From positions 1 to 64,000 of the IMG/VR virus record IMGVR_UViG_3300017589_000080: a stretch of 64,000 nucleotides of DNA. One strand, written 5' to 3'. The notes under the pieces are model-generated. The model was not told the DNA's origin and ran no database searches. It saw only the letters and a list, made by a program, of their open reading frames with translations. Positions 43,929 through 54,700 of the stretch are shown in pieces. The stretch is from a virus (taxonomy: Duplodnaviria > Caudoviricetes). The translations under genes were made by a program, and so were the position numbers. Every line of letters starts with the position of its first letter. The first letter of the stretch is position 1.

Positions 43929-44610
43929 GACAGGTTTAACTGTTGATCAGTATGTTAGTTTCATAAAGGTTCAACTTGGTGGTGGCATTGTAAATGTCGA
44001 GGTAGAGGAAATTATACCAGACATCTTAGAAATAGCTTTTATTGAGATCAATAATAATATCACGTCAACGGAAATGATGACTGTCCCATTCCAAACTGTT
44101 ATAGACTTAACTGATAAGAAAGTTGCTGATGTTGTTTATATAATGAGAGGTAGAAATACCAATGGTCCAGGTGGTTTCCAAGATGTAATGTATATCTACT
44201 CAAGACAAAGTGCGATGAATTCATATACACTTACAGATTATTCAAGAGCATTGATGGCAAATCAAAACAAAAGTGCTTTATCAACTGACTTAGATTTCCA
44301 TTATGACAAAAGAGAAGAGAAGTTATTTCTCTATGCTCAACAAGCACTTCCAACAACCGTAACTTTATGTTACATTCCTGAGTATTCTGATGTCTCAGAA
44401 ATCATAGATCCCTTCTGGCAAAATTTATTGAAACGTCTGGCTTTAGCGTTAACAAAAGAAACGTTAGGAAGAGTCAGAGGTAAATATAAATTAGATTCTG
44501 CATTATATAATTTGGATTCAGATCAACTTCTTAGTGAAGCTCAAGCTGAACTCTCAGAGATTAGAAATTATCTTGATGCTAATACAGATGTATTACTACC
44601 AATAGACTAA
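43921..44610 (+). CDS. neck/head-tail adaptor (T4 gp13-like)
   Basis: IKVQLGG.IVNVE; LALA..KE.LGRVRGKY...LD...L..EA..E; TTG 43921 after GAGG/GGTGA (track start 43909). Confidence 0.8.
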   Translation: MSKTGLTVDQYVSFIKVQLGGGIVNVEVEEIIPDILEIAFIEINNNITSTEMMTVPFQTVIDLTDKKVADVVYIMRGRNTNGPGGFQDVMYIYSRQSAMNSYTLTDYSRALMANQNKSALSTDLDFHYDKREEKLFLYAQQALPTTVTLCYIPEYSDVSEIIDPFWQNLLKRLALALTKETLGRVRGKYKLDSALYNLDSDQLLSEAQAELSEIRNYLDANTDVLLPID

Positions 44611-44634
44611 CATAATAAAAGGAGAATTAAAACT

Positions 44635-45780
44635 ATGGCTAAATTAAAAGAAGATGTATTTGCAAAAACTATGGCAATGTGCCTGGAGAGCAAGAAAAGA
44701 AAAGCACCTGCAGGTAAAGCAGCTCCCAAATCTCGTAAAATGACTGAGTCAGCTAAACGTCGTCGACAACTGAGAGAATCAGAAGACGAAGAAACATATG
44801 GCATTGATGAAGAATTATTGACCGAAGAGGAAGACGAAGATGTGGATTCTTATATGGATGATATCTCTGACACTATGGTTCTGGTGGACCCTGAATTAGA
44901 CGTGGATGATTTAGAATCTGCTGCTGACGATCTTCAGGATCTTGTTGATGGAACTCCTGATGGAGAAATTCCTTTCTTGGATGACTACATTGGCGATGAC
45001 GCTTACACTTGTCCTATCTGTGCTAACACTTTCATTTCAGAAGATCCTATGGAAGATGGAGAAGAATGCCCAGTTTGTGGAGACTTCCCAAGCAAGTTCA
45101 TTATCGTTGGTGGTATTGAAGAACCAGAAGCAGTATCTGAAAATGACGATGAAGATCTTGACATTGATGAGCCTGAAGAAGACTTAGAAATGGAAGAACC
45201 AGAAGAGGAAGAAGAAGAAAAAGAAGAATCATTCAGACGTCGTAAAGCTCCTTCCAGAACTCGAACAGCTTCTAAGAAACCTACTGCTCGTAAACCAGTT
45301 AAGAAAGAATCTAAGTTCTCTTTAGATGAAACTACTTTTAATCCATTCCTGACCAAATTCATTCAGGAAAATTATAAGAATGCACGTTCAATGAAAGTTG
45401 TATCTGCAAACTTAAGTGGTGCTAAATTATCTTTGGAATGTAAACTTACCTTTAAGACTGGCACTGTTAAGCCTGTAACCTTAAGAGTTGAAAACTTTAA
45501 ACCTGCACGACAGATGAAACTTGCTGCAACGGAACAATCATTCTTCAAGATCGAATCCAAACGTGGTGCTAAAGTTGCTCCATTCATCTTCACAACCAAA
45601 ATGGAAAAGAACATTATTACTTGTGAAGGCTTGAAATACAAGTTCGTTACCAAAGCTAAGAATGAAAACAAACGTTATGAAGTTTACGGTGACTTGATTG
45701 TTGAATCAACATCTCGACGAGCTCCTGCAAAGCAATTGCCTGCAAAAAGAAAAGCACCTGCTTCCCGACGACGCATCTAA
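44635..45780 (+). CDS. acidic/basic prohead core-like protein with zinc finger
   Basis: Repeated KLKE/MTE/LRE/KKE motifs, long D/E tracts, CPIC...CPVC, Lys/Arg-rich termini. Confidence 0.65.
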   Translation: MAKLKEDVFAKTMAMCLESKKRKAPAGKAAPKSRKMTESAKRRRQLRESEDEETYGIDEELLTEEEDEDVDSYMDDISDTMVLVDPELDVDDLESAADDLQDLVDGTPDGEIPFLDDYIGDDAYTCPICANTFISEDPMEDGEECPVCGDFPSKFIIVGGIEEPEAVSENDDEDLDIDEPEEDLEMEEPEEEEEEKEESFRRRKAPSRTRTASKKPTARKPVKKESKFSLDETTFNPFLTKFIQENYKNARSMKVVSANLSGAKLSLECKLTFKTGTVKPVTLRVENFKPARQMKLAATEQSFFKIESKRGAKVAPFIFTTKMEKNIITCEGLKYKFVTKAKNENKRYEVYGDLIVESTSRRAPAKQLPAKRKAPASRRRI

Positions 45781-45805
45781 TAAACTAAGAGAGGAATGAT
45801 TAGTT

Positions 45806-46546
45806 ATGAAATCGAATTTAAGATCTAGATCTGGTCATTCCAATCTATCTAAGTTAGATGAGATTGGTCGAAGGAATCTAGTTGGTAAAACTAAGGCACA
45901 GTCTCCAGAAAGATTCAATAAAAGAATGTCATACAAGCCACTCTCTTACAGAGATATAAGCTTTGAAGACTTGCTTGAGAATGATCTTCTGGTTGCTCGA
46001 ATTAGTATTGGGAAATATATCTCAACAATAGCATTCAAGGGAGTTATAAAAGACTTAATTGAAATTGTTAAGAAGCAACAGAAACCTTACCTGACACTAC
46101 AGTCAGTTATTAGAGCATTAACTTATGCTATTGATAAGACTGACATATTTGTGGACTGCTCTTGTGATGACTTCAAATACAGATATGCTTATTGGGCAAC
46201 TTACCATGGTTACAAATATGGTAAACCTGAAACTCGTAAGGCAGACGTCAGAAATCCTGGTGATAACATTGGGTCGACATGCAAGCACCTTTCAGCACTA
46301 TTGTCTAATAAGAGATGGTTGGTAAAGACCTCTTCAATTGTTAATGATTATATCAAGAAGAACCTTGATGCTTTCATTGATGAATATCAGATTGATCCAG
46401 ACTTATTCATTGTTAATCCAAATCAGATACCAAAGAAAATTGTTGAACCTGAAGAGGAACCAGAACTTGATGTTGAAGAACCTGAAGAGGAACCAGAAGC
46501 AGAAGAACCTGAGGAAGATGAAGAAGAATTGGAACTTAATAAATAA
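45806..46546 (+). CDS. SWIM zinc-finger protein
   Basis: VDCSCDDF...TCKHL; acidic EP-repeat tail. Confidence 0.8.
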   Translation: MKSNLRSRSGHSNLSKLDEIGRRNLVGKTKAQSPERFNKRMSYKPLSYRDISFEDLLENDLLVARISIGKYISTIAFKGVIKDLIEIVKKQQKPYLTLQSVIRALTYAIDKTDIFVDCSCDDFKYRYAYWATYHGYKYGKPETRKADVRNPGDNIGSTCKHLSALLSNKRWLVKTSSIVNDYIKKNLDAFIDEYQIDPDLFIVNPNQIPKKIVEPEEEPELDVEEPEEEPEAEEPEEDEEELELNK

Positions 46547-46569
46547 CTTAATAAAGGAGGTACAATCAA

Positions 46570-47103
46570 GTGGGATACTTAATAGATAATGACTCAACAC
46601 TCTTCAGAAACTTCTTTAAGGAGATGGCATTCTTGAGAGGAATCTCAGTTCAGTATCAGTATTCAATTGCTGATCAAGAGACTGTCAGTATTCATGGTGA
46701 AATAAAGCCAGTGTTGTCCAGTAAGATGAAAATGAATGTTATCTTCGATGAGAACCCTAAAGTTGAAACACTTAAGAAGATTGGATGGGTCTCAGAATAT
46801 CCAGATAGCAAGCCAATAATTTGTATGGTTCCCTTTGATGCTCCTAATTTAACAACTGAATGTGTGATATCAATTCCACCATTCAAAGAGATCAACAGCA
46901 GAAGTAGAATGTTTAAGGTAACTGCTATAACAACTATTCTAGAATACCCAGACTGCTGGACATGTACTCTTGCACCAATCTTTGATGATGCTGATACAAA
47001 AGACACCTATGAAGATTCTAATTATAATTATGCTGTAACAACCGAGACACCAACAGAAGATACATCAAGCAATAATTATACATTCTTAAAGGTTGATCCA
47101 TGA
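46570..47103 (+). CDS. head closure/neck protein (gp14-like)
   Basis: Position between neck and tail completion genes; beta-rich; start at GTG after AAAGGAGG. Confidence 0.6.
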   Translation: MGYLIDNDSTLFRNFFKEMAFLRGISVQYQYSIADQETVSIHGEIKPVLSSKMKMNVIFDENPKVETLKKIGWVSEYPDSKPIICMVPFDAPNLTTECVISIPPFKEINSRSRMFKVTAITTILEYPDCWTCTLAPIFDDADTKDTYEDSNYNYAVTTETPTEDTSSNNYTFLKVDP

Positions 47104-47576
47104 GAATCGAATACAGTTTAACTGGTGAACAAGATGAGATGGACTTGGGAAGAGAATTTTGTGCTTTGATTACTAACCTGATAAAGCATGAAATTAAGGA
47201 TAGCCTGTATAGATATAAGATGCAACAAAAAGAACAGGATCTTATTAATGCAGAGTGGATACAATGGAAGAGTAAACCGAAGAATTTAAATGTTGTTAAG
47301 CTTTGTTATTACATTGCTGATAACATTATTTTCAAGTGTAGAAGAAATAATAGTTACTTAATCGAAGTTAATAGATCTGTTACCATGAGGTACAGTAATA
47401 CACCACTGGAAGCAGTTGCTCGATTCTTAGACAAAGGTAATAATGTATCTCAATACACTGGCTTTATTGACAAAGTGTTTAAGAAGTATCGTGACAACAT
47501 TAAGAAGTATTGGGAATCTTTTATCTTTAAGAAACTTAATAGATTGGCTGTTAGTTCAATTGTTTTAATCTCATAA
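47100..47576 (+). CDS. hypothetical tail completion-region protein
   Basis: ATGA overlap; 158 aa. Confidence 0.7.
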   Translation: MRIEYSLTGEQDEMDLGREFCALITNLIKHEIKDSLYRYKMQQKEQDLINAEWIQWKSKPKNLNVVKLCYYIADNIIFKCRRNNSYLIEVNRSVTMRYSNTPLEAVARFLDKGNNVSQYTGFIDKVFKKYRDNIKKYWESFIFKKLNRLAVSSIVLIS

Positions 47577-47591
47577 AGGAGGTGTTGTGGA

Positions 47592-48170
47592 TTGAGCGTA
47601 TACATGTATGACGAAGCACTTGTTGCCGATCTGAGACGGATCGTTGACGATGACAGAATAACCATAACTCCTCCTGATAATGTCTTTAGGACTATTGGAA
47701 GAATTGCTGATGACAAGATTGAGTTTCCACTGATCTCATTAACAAGAACAGGGTGGTCAATTAGCAATAATCGTCCACACTTTATGAAACATGAAGGAGT
47801 GGTGGCTGGGTATGATGACATATCCAAGAAGTATAAAAGAGTTCAAAGCATCCCAATAAGAATAAGTTATCAGGTTGATGTGTGGACAAAGACAAGAATC
47901 GATAATGATAATATATTAAGAGAACTCATCTTTTATTACAGTGTTCACCCAACAATGAAAATTGTTATCCCTTATGGTTTGAACATAGAGATTGATTTTA
48001 ATATATTTATAGATGAAGACATTGAAGATAACTCAGATATAATTGATCATTGGAGCAAGGGACAGTACTTCAGACAAACGTTTTCAATCTATACTGATGA
48101 TGCTTATTTATGGAAATCTTCTTCTAGGTTCCCAACATTTGTTGATGTTAATATTGACGTAAAGGAGTGA
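47592..48170 (+). CDS. tail terminator/sheath stabiliser (gp15-like)
   Basis: FPLISLTR, P....YQVDVWT..R.D.D.I; upstream of the sheath. Confidence 0.75.
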   Translation: MSVYMYDEALVADLRRIVDDDRITITPPDNVFRTIGRIADDKIEFPLISLTRTGWSISNNRPHFMKHEGVVAGYDDISKKYKRVQSIPIRISYQVDVWTKTRIDNDNILRELIFYYSVHPTMKIVIPYGLNIEIDFNIFIDEDIEDNSDIIDHWSKGQYFRQTFSIYTDDAYLWKSSSRFPTFVDVNIDVKE

Positions 48171-48174
48171 TATA

Positions 48175-48396
48175 TTGTTAGTTATATTTAATAAAACAGG
48201 TAGAGCCTTACCAGTTATGGGAGTTTCAATCCCACCGAAACAGTCAGTTAACTTTAGTTCAGGAATGACTAAGTCAATTAAACTGTTGGAATCTAATGGT
48301 CTCATCTCAGTAACAGAGATCAAAGACGTTGATCAACCAAAGATAGTAAAGAAATCTAAGGAAGATCCTAAGGTATTTGTACCTGATTCAGAATAA
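48175..48396 (+). CDS. small hypothetical virion protein
   Basis: SD AAGGAGTG, TTG start. Confidence 0.65.
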   Translation: MLVIFNKTGRALPVMGVSIPPKQSVNFSSGMTKSIKLLESNGLISVTEIKDVDQPKIVKKSKEDPKVFVPDSE

Positions 48397-48415
48397 AAGA
48401 AAGTGAGTGGTGTTT

Positions 48416-49975
48416 ATGCCTTCAATTAATATCCAAGAAACAGATAATACAGTCTATGGCTTGTCAACAGTAACCAATGACAACATTGTATTTATCCCTG
48501 GATCAGCAATCACTGGTCCATCTGACGAGCCTGTCTTAATTGGCTCTGGTGCAGAATTCATAAGTAAATTCGGACCTTATGCTCCTGAACGTGGAGATAG
48601 CACTGTTGGATCTACATGGGATTACGCTTATAACCTGTTACTCTATGGTTTACCAGTCCTCTTCAAACGTATTACAACCAAGACCGATGTTGGTGGAACC
48701 GTTACATCATTAGTAACTAAAGCGACTGCAGATTTGAAAGATCTATACACTGAAGTCGGTGTTGTCGTTGGTAAGGTTACTGAGTTGTATGGTGGTTCAT
48801 ATGGTAACTCTTTAAATGTTACTGTTGAAAGATTAACCACTTCAATTTACTTCAGAGTCTATAGAGATGCTAAGTTGATTGAAAGTGTTCGAGTTATTAA
48901 CATTACTGTTGGAGAAACTGAAGCTAACATAAGAGCTAAGTTACTTTTAGCAATTCCAATGTTAAGTTTAACAACTGTCAAAATTGAGATCACTGATCCA
49001 ATTAAATTTGCATTAGCTCCAATTGTAAGTCTTAAGTTGGCTGGTGGTACAGATGCTGATGATGAAGAAGTCTTAGCACAGATCCCAGCATCCTTTGAAG
49101 GACTGCTTGACAAATATGTTTATGACATTAAATTTGTAACATCTGGTGGATACACTGATTCAACCTCAACCGATACTCCAATCTCTGATGCAATGATTCT
49201 GTTAGCAGAAACTCGTGGAGATAGTACTTCAATCCTAGACATGCCTTTGGGAACTCCTCCTGAAGATGTCACAAGCTTCTGGACAGCTCTTAATACTTCT
49301 TATGGTACAGCCTTCGGACCTTGGTTCTTTACCAAGCTTAAAGATCGTACAGAGAAGTGGATGCCACCTTCCTTTATATTCTTGAGAGCTCTTGCTAAGT
49401 CCTTGAGTGCTGGAAACAAAATCTGGAACCCACCTGCTGGTGTGAAGAGGGCATCTATTACAGAAGCCATCAAGCCAGAATACGAAATTGGTGGATCAAT
49501 CCTGGATTCATGGCAGGAAACTAATCCACAGTGTGTCAATCCAATTATGAAACTCCGACAGTATGGTTATGTAATCTTCGGTCAGAGAACTCTATATGCA
49601 ACGATTGATGGAGCAACTGATAAACGTTCAGGTCTCCAAGAGTTAGGTGTTAGAATAACTGCTAATGAAATTAAACGCTTAATCTTTAATATCTCATTAG
49701 GTTTATCCTTTGACCAGAACACTCTTAGAACTTGGAATGAGTTTAGAGGTCTCTTAGATCCTCAGCTGGCTCAGATGAAAGCCGATCGTGGTATTACAGA
49801 TTACCAGATAATTATGGATGAAACTGTAATTACTGACCAAGATGTAAATGAAAACAAAGTTCGTGGTAATGTTCGAGTTTCAATCACTCGTGCTTCAGAA
49901 GACTTTGATATCAACTTCGATTTAGATCCACAGTCTACTATCTTCACCGAGACCGTATCCGAATTCATTATTTAA
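48416..49975 (+). CDS. tail sheath protein (gp18-like)
   Basis: MPSINIQETD, W.PPAG..R, VNPI....G..IFGQRT, LGVR, F.QN...TW..F...L.P.L; likely ATG 48416. Confidence 0.95.
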   Translation: MPSINIQETDNTVYGLSTVTNDNIVFIPGSAITGPSDEPVLIGSGAEFISKFGPYAPERGDSTVGSTWDYAYNLLLYGLPVLFKRITTKTDVGGTVTSLVTKATADLKDLYTEVGVVVGKVTELYGGSYGNSLNVTVERLTTSIYFRVYRDAKLIESVRVINITVGETEANIRAKLLLAIPMLSLTTVKIEITDPIKFALAPIVSLKLAGGTDADDEEVLAQIPASFEGLLDKYVYDIKFVTSGGYTDSTSTDTPISDAMILLAETRGDSTSILDMPLGTPPEDVTSFWTALNTSYGTAFGPWFFTKLKDRTEKWMPPSFIFLRALAKSLSAGNKIWNPPAGVKRASITEAIKPEYEIGGSILDSWQETNPQCVNPIMKLRQYGYVIFGQRTLYATIDGATDKRSGLQELGVRITANEIKRLIFNISLGLSFDQNTLRTWNEFRGLLDPQLAQMKADRGITDYQIIMDETVITDQDVNENKVRGNVRVSITRASEDFDINFDLDPQSTIFTETVSEFII

Positions 49976-49997
49976 TTAGAAAGGTGGTAAAAGTAAT

Positions 49998-50558
49998 ATG
50001 CCAAGAAATACTCCGTTACAATTAGGAACTTATCATATGGTACAGAATGCTGGCTTTGAACCTCAAAGAAACAATAACTTTGAAGTCCAGATTATTGATA
50101 TTGGATCACTTAAGTCTGTCGATAAAGGCAATTCACTTCCTTCAAACGCAAGTGACTTGATAACTTTATCAGTGGCATCTTATGCTGCTCCACAAATTAA
50201 TATCTCAGCAATCAGTGTTGCCTATGGTAATAACAAGATTAAGTATGCAGGTGTTCCTGAATTCCCAGATTCAACTATTGTACTTAATGACTACATTGGT
50301 GTTAACATCGAAAGAATCTTATCTGCATGGCAAAAATTGGTTTACAATCCTAAGACTCAGGCAATTGGTAATGCAGTTGATTATAAGAAGGTTGGATATC
50401 TGTTAGAATTCGATCCTTCTGGACAACAGTGTCGACAATGGCAACTTAACGGTGTCTGGCCGACTCAGTTACAGCTTGGTGACTTTAATCAAGAAGGTAA
50501 CAGCGTTCGACAGATTACTATGTCTCTTAGTTATGATCATATTATTCCTCTGGACTGA
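49998..50558 (+). CDS. tail tube protein (gp19-like)
   Basis: EPQRNNNFEV, K.AG.P.F, W..L.Y...T, W.L.GVWP....G..N. Confidence 0.93.
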   Translation: MPRNTPLQLGTYHMVQNAGFEPQRNNNFEVQIIDIGSLKSVDKGNSLPSNASDLITLSVASYAAPQINISAISVAYGNNKIKYAGVPEFPDSTIVLNDYIGVNIERILSAWQKLVYNPKTQAIGNAVDYKKVGYLLEFDPSGQQCRQWQLNGVWPTQLQLGDFNQEGNSVRQITMSLSYDHIIPLD

Positions 50559-50629
50559 TATATAACCAAGATTGATTCGAGTTCACTTGTAAGAACTTAT
50601 TGAGTATACCAAATTCAGTTGATTAAAAC

Positions 50630-50688
50630 AAAGCCTAAGAGGTTTCCGCAAAAGAACTTAAAACATTCTGGAGACCTCTGAGAGCTTT
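50630..50688 (+). promoter_or_regulatory. long stem-loop between tube and chaperone genes
   Basis: AAAGC..AGAGGTTTCC pairs with GGAGACCTCT..GCTTT. Confidence 0.6.
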
Positions 50689-50720
50689 ATCTATTATTAT
50701 ATTTCTAGGAGGAAATTACA

Positions 50721-51485
50721 ATGGTAAAAAGAACAAACACAAGACTGTCAATTCAAGAAACTCATGAGATTCCAAGTCGTGGAATTTTATATGATGGAGT
50801 CCCTTCAACATTAACATTAAGGGCAATGGATACACTGGATGAGAAAAGACGTTTATCTGGCGTTGGCTATCCTGCAATCGCTGATTTAATTAATGGTTGT
50901 ATCACTGATAACGACACCGTTGATGCTAGACAACTTAAGCTGCAGGATTTACAATTCTTAATGTATAAGCTCAGGATAGAAACCTATGGTCCAGATTATA
51001 AACTTAACTTAATGTGCCCTAATCCAAAGTGTTATAAGACTGGTGAGTTTACAATAAATCTCGATACGCTCCCGATAACTTATCTAGAAGATGACTTCTC
51101 AGAACCTTTCTTAATCGAGAAATTACCTAAGAGTGGTGACATTATTGAAGCAAGACTGATGTCTGTTTCAGATTATATTTCTTTAGACAATGACGTAAAG
51201 AGAACGCTTGCTAAGAATAAGGACTATGAGGGCGACCCAGAGATTATTATTAAACCAACCTATCAGATTGTCAAGGTTAACGGAGAAGAGATTCCATCAT
51301 ATAAAAGACAGACGTATGTTGAGAAAATGCATGCAATGGACAGACGATTCTTTGATTGTAAATATTTAGAAGTATTCAACAGTTTTGGTCTAGATACACA
51401 AATGGTAGAGATCTGCCCAGTGTGTGGAGAGGAGATCCTTTTCGACCTGCCTGTGACGGACGAGTTCTTTCGACCCACATACTAA
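50721..51485 (+). CDS. tail assembly chaperone / baseplate hub assembly protein (gp26-like)
   Basis: IPSRG.LY...LTLRAM..EK, L.DLQFL...LRI.TYG, CP..C, LPKSG, CPVCG; lies between tube and tape measure. Confidence 0.85.
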   Translation: MVKRTNTRLSIQETHEIPSRGILYDGVPSTLTLRAMDTLDEKRRLSGVGYPAIADLINGCITDNDTVDARQLKLQDLQFLMYKLRIETYGPDYKLNLMCPNPKCYKTGEFTINLDTLPITYLEDDFSEPFLIEKLPKSGDIIEARLMSVSDYISLDNDVKRTLAKNKDYEGDPEIIIKPTYQIVKVNGEEIPSYKRQTYVEKMHAMDRRFFDCKYLEVFNSFGLDTQMVEICPVCGEEILFDLPVTDEFFRPTY

Positions 51486-51693
51486 GCTTGATGATGGGCG
51501 ATGGTATCGACAAGTCAAATATGAACACATACTTGAAGAACAAACGAGGATAGCTTATTACAGCAAAGGTGGCATATCGATCTCAGATACTGACAAGGTT
51601 ACTGAGTTCGATAGAAAACTGATCCTCAAAGCAATGAGCAAAATTGTTGAAGAGGAACGTTCTGCAAGCACTCCTGGTGTTCGATATAATTAA
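51457..51693 (+). CDS. start-less gp51-like frame, probable +1 frameshift extension of the chaperone
   Basis: Open for 78 codons from TGA 51454-56 to TAA 51691-93, with no ATG/GTG/TTG until its last third; ...YEHILEEQTRIAYYSKGGISISDTDKVTEFDRKLILKAMSKIVEEE. Confidence 0.7.
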   Translation, partial: RTSSFDPHTKLDDGRWYRQVKYEHILEEQTRIAYYSKGGISISDTDKVTEFDRKLILKAMSKIVEEERSASTPGVRYN

Positions 51694-51716
51694 ATTATGA
51701 ATTGGAGGTGAAGATA

Positions 51717-54700
51717 TTGGCAAATGACAAAGGCAAGACACCTGATAATGACTCGAATAAAAATAACAGTGATCCTCTAGGAACCAAAAGAAGTAATCCT
51801 TTTAGATCTAATAAGACTGACAAATATGATTTTATTTCAGTGGATGTTAAAGGTGTCTCAAAAGACGTTGAAAAGATCTTCAGTGTTGCTAAGTCTGAAT
51901 TATCCAGTTATAATAAAGTTTACAATAAAACTATTGATAACATGATCTCTTATACAGAGAAGAGTTATGACTCAATGTATTCTAGATTAAGAAGCAAACA
52001 CAACTCTTATATGTCAGACATCTATGGCAGTCAAAAAACTAATGCTGCCAAGATGGATGACTTGTTTGGTAAGCCTGTTAAGAAGCAGATTATTATTGAC
52101 TCACAAGGTACTGTTAAGAACCTTGATGCAGTTGCTCCTTCAAATAAGGAACCAACTGACAAAGAATCTAAAGGTCTTGTTCAACATGGTGCTGAACTCA
52201 TTGTTGGAACGCTTGAAAAGTATCTTGATATTTGGATTGATCGTTTCTTAAATGGTGTTAATAAAATTGCTGGAACCTATGAAGCAACTTACAAAGGTGT
52301 TTCAGTAATGATGAATGAAAACCAATCTCAATACATGGGTTGGCAGACATCTGCAATGGGTGAGATTAAGAACATGGGTCTCACTAACAATGTCGCAATA
52401 AGTGCTGTAATGAGTGAGTTGTCTGACATTACTAAGATGGGTGTTATTGGTGAACGTGCTAAGAATAAGGCTCTTGCTGATACAATTAGTAAGACTCTTT
52501 CTCCATACATTAGCACAACTACAGATGCTTATACAGATCTACAGTTCAAACTTGGTGACAACTTCACAACCTCAATGAGAGGAATGGGAGCATCAATACA
52601 AGAACAAACAGGTCAGTTAAGATTCTTAGTTAAGAATGCTGATGACATTTTAACAAACATGGAACCAATGTTCTTGAATGCTAAATCAGATTCCTTTGAT
52701 AAACAATTCTCACAGATGGCAGGAACGCTTGAACAAATGGTTGCTTCTGGAGATATTACATCAGTTCAAGCTGAACAGTATAAACAAGACACTTATAGTT
52801 TAGTAATGGATCAATATGGAACATTACAGAATGGAACGACTGCTCAAATAACTGCCCTTAATGACATGTACAACAAGGGTGTTAATCCTGAAGATGATAT
52901 TGCTAAAACATTGGCAACCTATGGTAAAACCTCTGCTGATCTTATGAATCTTGCAGATACATCTGGTGTCTTTGGTGGTGTTAACAGAAGTGCTGTTGGT
53001 ACAAATCTTGTTGGTGGTAGTTCACAAATGTGGTACACTCCTGAAGAATCATCAACATGGATAGAAGCTCTTAATAAGATGTCTGAGATAGATCCAAATG
53101 CTTCTGGAGAACAACTTCTTAAACAACTTGAAGATGACAAGTACACCACAGCATTAGAAGCAAAAGATACATGGACAGAAAATCAATCTTTAGCAACTGC
53201 TCAATTCAAACAGACTTATCCTGATGCTTATACATTATTAGAAGGAATGGCATTGTCTTTAAAAGCAATTGTATTTGCAACTGCTGCATCTGGCATTACT
53301 AACCTCTTCTCTGGTAGTGGATCTTCTGCAGTTGGAAAGATGTTTGGTAATGGTACTGGTAAGATTATCAGTGAGTCAACTGCTCTTGGTGCCAAAGAAG
53401 CAATCAAAACAACAGGATCTAAATTCTTGACTTCTGCAACAAGTATTCTAAGCACTAATGCTGCAAAGATTGTCGGTGGTGCTGGTGGTGCTTTAGCTCT
53501 TGGACTTGATGCCTATCAAGGATATAAGAAAGCTGATGAATGGAAGACAAGTCAAACTGCTTCTGCTGTTGGTGGTGCTCTTGGTGGATCTGGTAAAGGT
53601 CTTGGAGAAGGTGGACTAATAGAGGTTGGTGGGAACATTGCTCTCAACGCATTGAAAGGTGCTGCAATTGGAACAATCTTTGGACCAGTTGGAACATTAG
53701 TTGGTGCTGGAGTTGGTGGATTGTTTGGTGCCATTGGTGGTAAACGATTTGCAGAGGGCATGGATACTGTTACAGATACGTTAGGGAAGTTTGGAAAACA
53801 AATAAGTGGATCTACAAATGCTTTCTCAGAAACAATGGGGAAACTTGAAGATCAATTTAAAAACCAGACAGAGATAATGAAAGATGAACATAACACCAAT
53901 GTTACTCAGATGGAAGACCTTAAGAAGACTTGGGAATCTGCTACAACTCTTGAAGAGAAACGCAAGATCCTAGTTGATAAAGGAATCATGACGAATGAAG
54001 AGGCATCCAATTCAACATCTGCTAAGCTCGAATCAATGTTTGAAAACTATTACAAAGACTCAACTACTCAGGAAGAAGTCAGAACAACTGCAGAGAAAGA
54101 GTATTACAAAGAACGACAGAAAGCTACAGAAGACCAGTTCAATGCTGACTTAGATAAGAACAAACAAATATTAAAAGACCAATTAAAATCTAAGACAGGT
54201 GATGAATTAAAAGCCTTCGGAGAAGACATTGGATTAAATGAACAACAAATTAAAAACATCCAAAACTCTAAAGGCAAGTTCAATGAAGAGAATCTTATTA
54301 ATGCTATCATCAACAATACTTCAAAGGTTGGAGAAGGTGCAACTGATACAGAGAACTCTAAGATCTTAAACAAGAAGTATAATTTAAGTTTGAATGGTCT
54401 TGATCCTGAACAAGCTGCAGTTGACAATGCTGCATACGCTACAAAGATGGCAGAAGAGAAAGCTAAGACTGCAACTGCTGAAGCTACTAAGGCTCCAACT
54501 AAGACAGTAAACTTTGGCATGGGAAATATTCTTGGATATGCTGTTGGAGATGATCTTGTTTCTAAAGACTCCATTGTTAAGGTACACCAAGATGAAGGAA
54601 TCTTAACGAAGGATGACAATCGGGAATACAGAAAAGTTCAGCAAGCAGTTCCAGTAATAAGTGATTTCATTAATAAAGCGTCATCTTTGACAGCTACAAA

